Shown here one piece after another: positions 63,301 to 64,000 of a stretch of DNA of 64,000 nucleotides; the stretch's first letter is position 1; each line of letters starts with the position of its first letter. The notes beneath the pieces were generated by a model, which saw only the letters and a program-made list of their open reading frames with translations, did no database searches and had not been told where the DNA came from. The stretch covers positions 11,881,130 through 11,945,129 of the forward strand of contig CM119263.1 of NCBI GenBank assembly GCA_051294375.1, in the 5' to 3' direction. Made by a program: the position numbers and the translations under genes. This stretch comes from Paraspadella gotoi. Taxonomy: Eukaryota > Animalia > Chaetognatha.

Positions 63301-63948
63301 TTGCACTTTTAAGGTTTTAGGGCAACTTACTTTCATACCAAATATAAGATAAATTGTTTAAGTAATACCCAAGTTAAGTACCATTTGTAACGTAAGTGTG
63401 ACAAACCGACAGATAGACATCCAAAAAGTGGCTTATTGAGTTGCTTCGCGAGTACTCGCTGCGTAACTATAAACAAAAATAATTTTTTAGGCGTTTTCTA
63501 TAAACTGTATTTTTCCCCTGATCTCGATCGATCCTCGAAGGGTGTCTGCTCAGCTATGTCGGCTCCTTCGGTCTCTTCGATCAACCGAATTCTTCGAAAC
63601 GCCTCCAGACTAAAAGCTCCTCGAAAACGGCACATCGACAAAGTCGGCGAGGACAATCTTGGCCGCGACGATACTTATGTTACAAGACGCTGTCACGACG
63701 ATAACATTCATTGCAGGCGGTCCAAAGACCGACTCTGTCAAAATGGTAGCATCGTCAAAAATAAACACGACAACAAAGAAGGCGAAACAAAGATGCAGGA
63801 AACTCCATCGACAGTTTGCACAGAAGGTCGAACCGCCTTTACGACGTCAAATACCTTGACGACCTCTAAATGGAATGAAAATAAAGTCGGAAAGAAAAAA
63901 ATCGGTTTTTTCATTCGCGAAATTTTGCGTACTGACTCTGGAGTATGA
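57328..63948 (+). CDS. Pax transcription factor (paired domain + C-terminal octapeptide/eh1-like motif, no homeodomain); Pax1/9- or Pox-neuro-like
   Basis: Exons 57316-57704, 59077-59248 ([13 protein letters not shown]...DISRLLR, frameshifted), 61305-61369 ([21 protein letters not shown]), 61959-62080 ([13 protein letters not shown]...FAWEIREKL) and 63541-63948 (GVC...[12 protein letters not shown]...FFIREIL). Confidence 0.92.
57719..57890 (+). mobile_element. Helentron/DINE-1-like element, copy 2
   Basis: Homologous to 9256-9440, with a GTCC/GTCT microsatellite. Confidence 0.55.
59427..59497 (+). repeat. ~70-bp dispersed repeat (probable MITE terminus)
   Basis: TATGAAATTGGTACAACCAATATAAAAATTATCCATTCATTTAAT...CTTGCCCCTGACTT; other copies at 21239, 22891, 63020 (+) and 60164-60233, 61252-61294 (-). 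Confidence 0.75.
59872..60550. mobile_element. Foldback/MITE-like element with ~270-bp inverted arms
   Basis: 59872-60143 is an imperfect reverse complement of 60274-60550. Confidence 0.7.
62216..62396 (-). mobile_element. Dispersed repeat with degenerate tRNA-like segment, copy 2
   Basis: Homologous to 23213-23400. Confidence 0.65.
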
Positions 63949-64000
63949 ATTTCGCAATTATTATATCAAGATATCTAAAGAATTATTGAAACTGTATTCT

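Overview
AT-rich, intron-containing animal (probably invertebrate bilaterian) DNA from a draft scaffold with N gaps, indel-rich patches and gap-flanking false duplications. Genes I can reconstruct by hand: (1) the 3' part of afadin/canoe (DIL and PDZ domains, Pro/Gln-rich tail; + strand, 3.5-27.3 kb); (2) an IGFBP-domain (CRIM1-like N-terminus) gene directly followed by, or fused to, a kringle + trypsin-family serine protease (+, 40.7-45.8 kb); (3) three closely spaced minus-strand genes with no family I recognise (46.4-54.2 kb), one needing GC-AG introns; (4) a Pax gene with a paired domain and a C-terminal octapeptide/eh1-like motif but no homeodomain (+, 57.3-63.9 kb). Introns carry two tRNA-derived SINE types sharing a structured 3' tail, a DNA transposon with GG termini and 4-bp TSDs, foldback/MITE and Helentron-like elements, and microsatellites. 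I found no clear-cut new system. The best leads are the IGFBP/kringle-protease junction, the operon-like orphan cluster, frequent AAG splice acceptors, the shared SINE tail and the hard-to-classify Pax gene. All gene models are manual readings with no database search.
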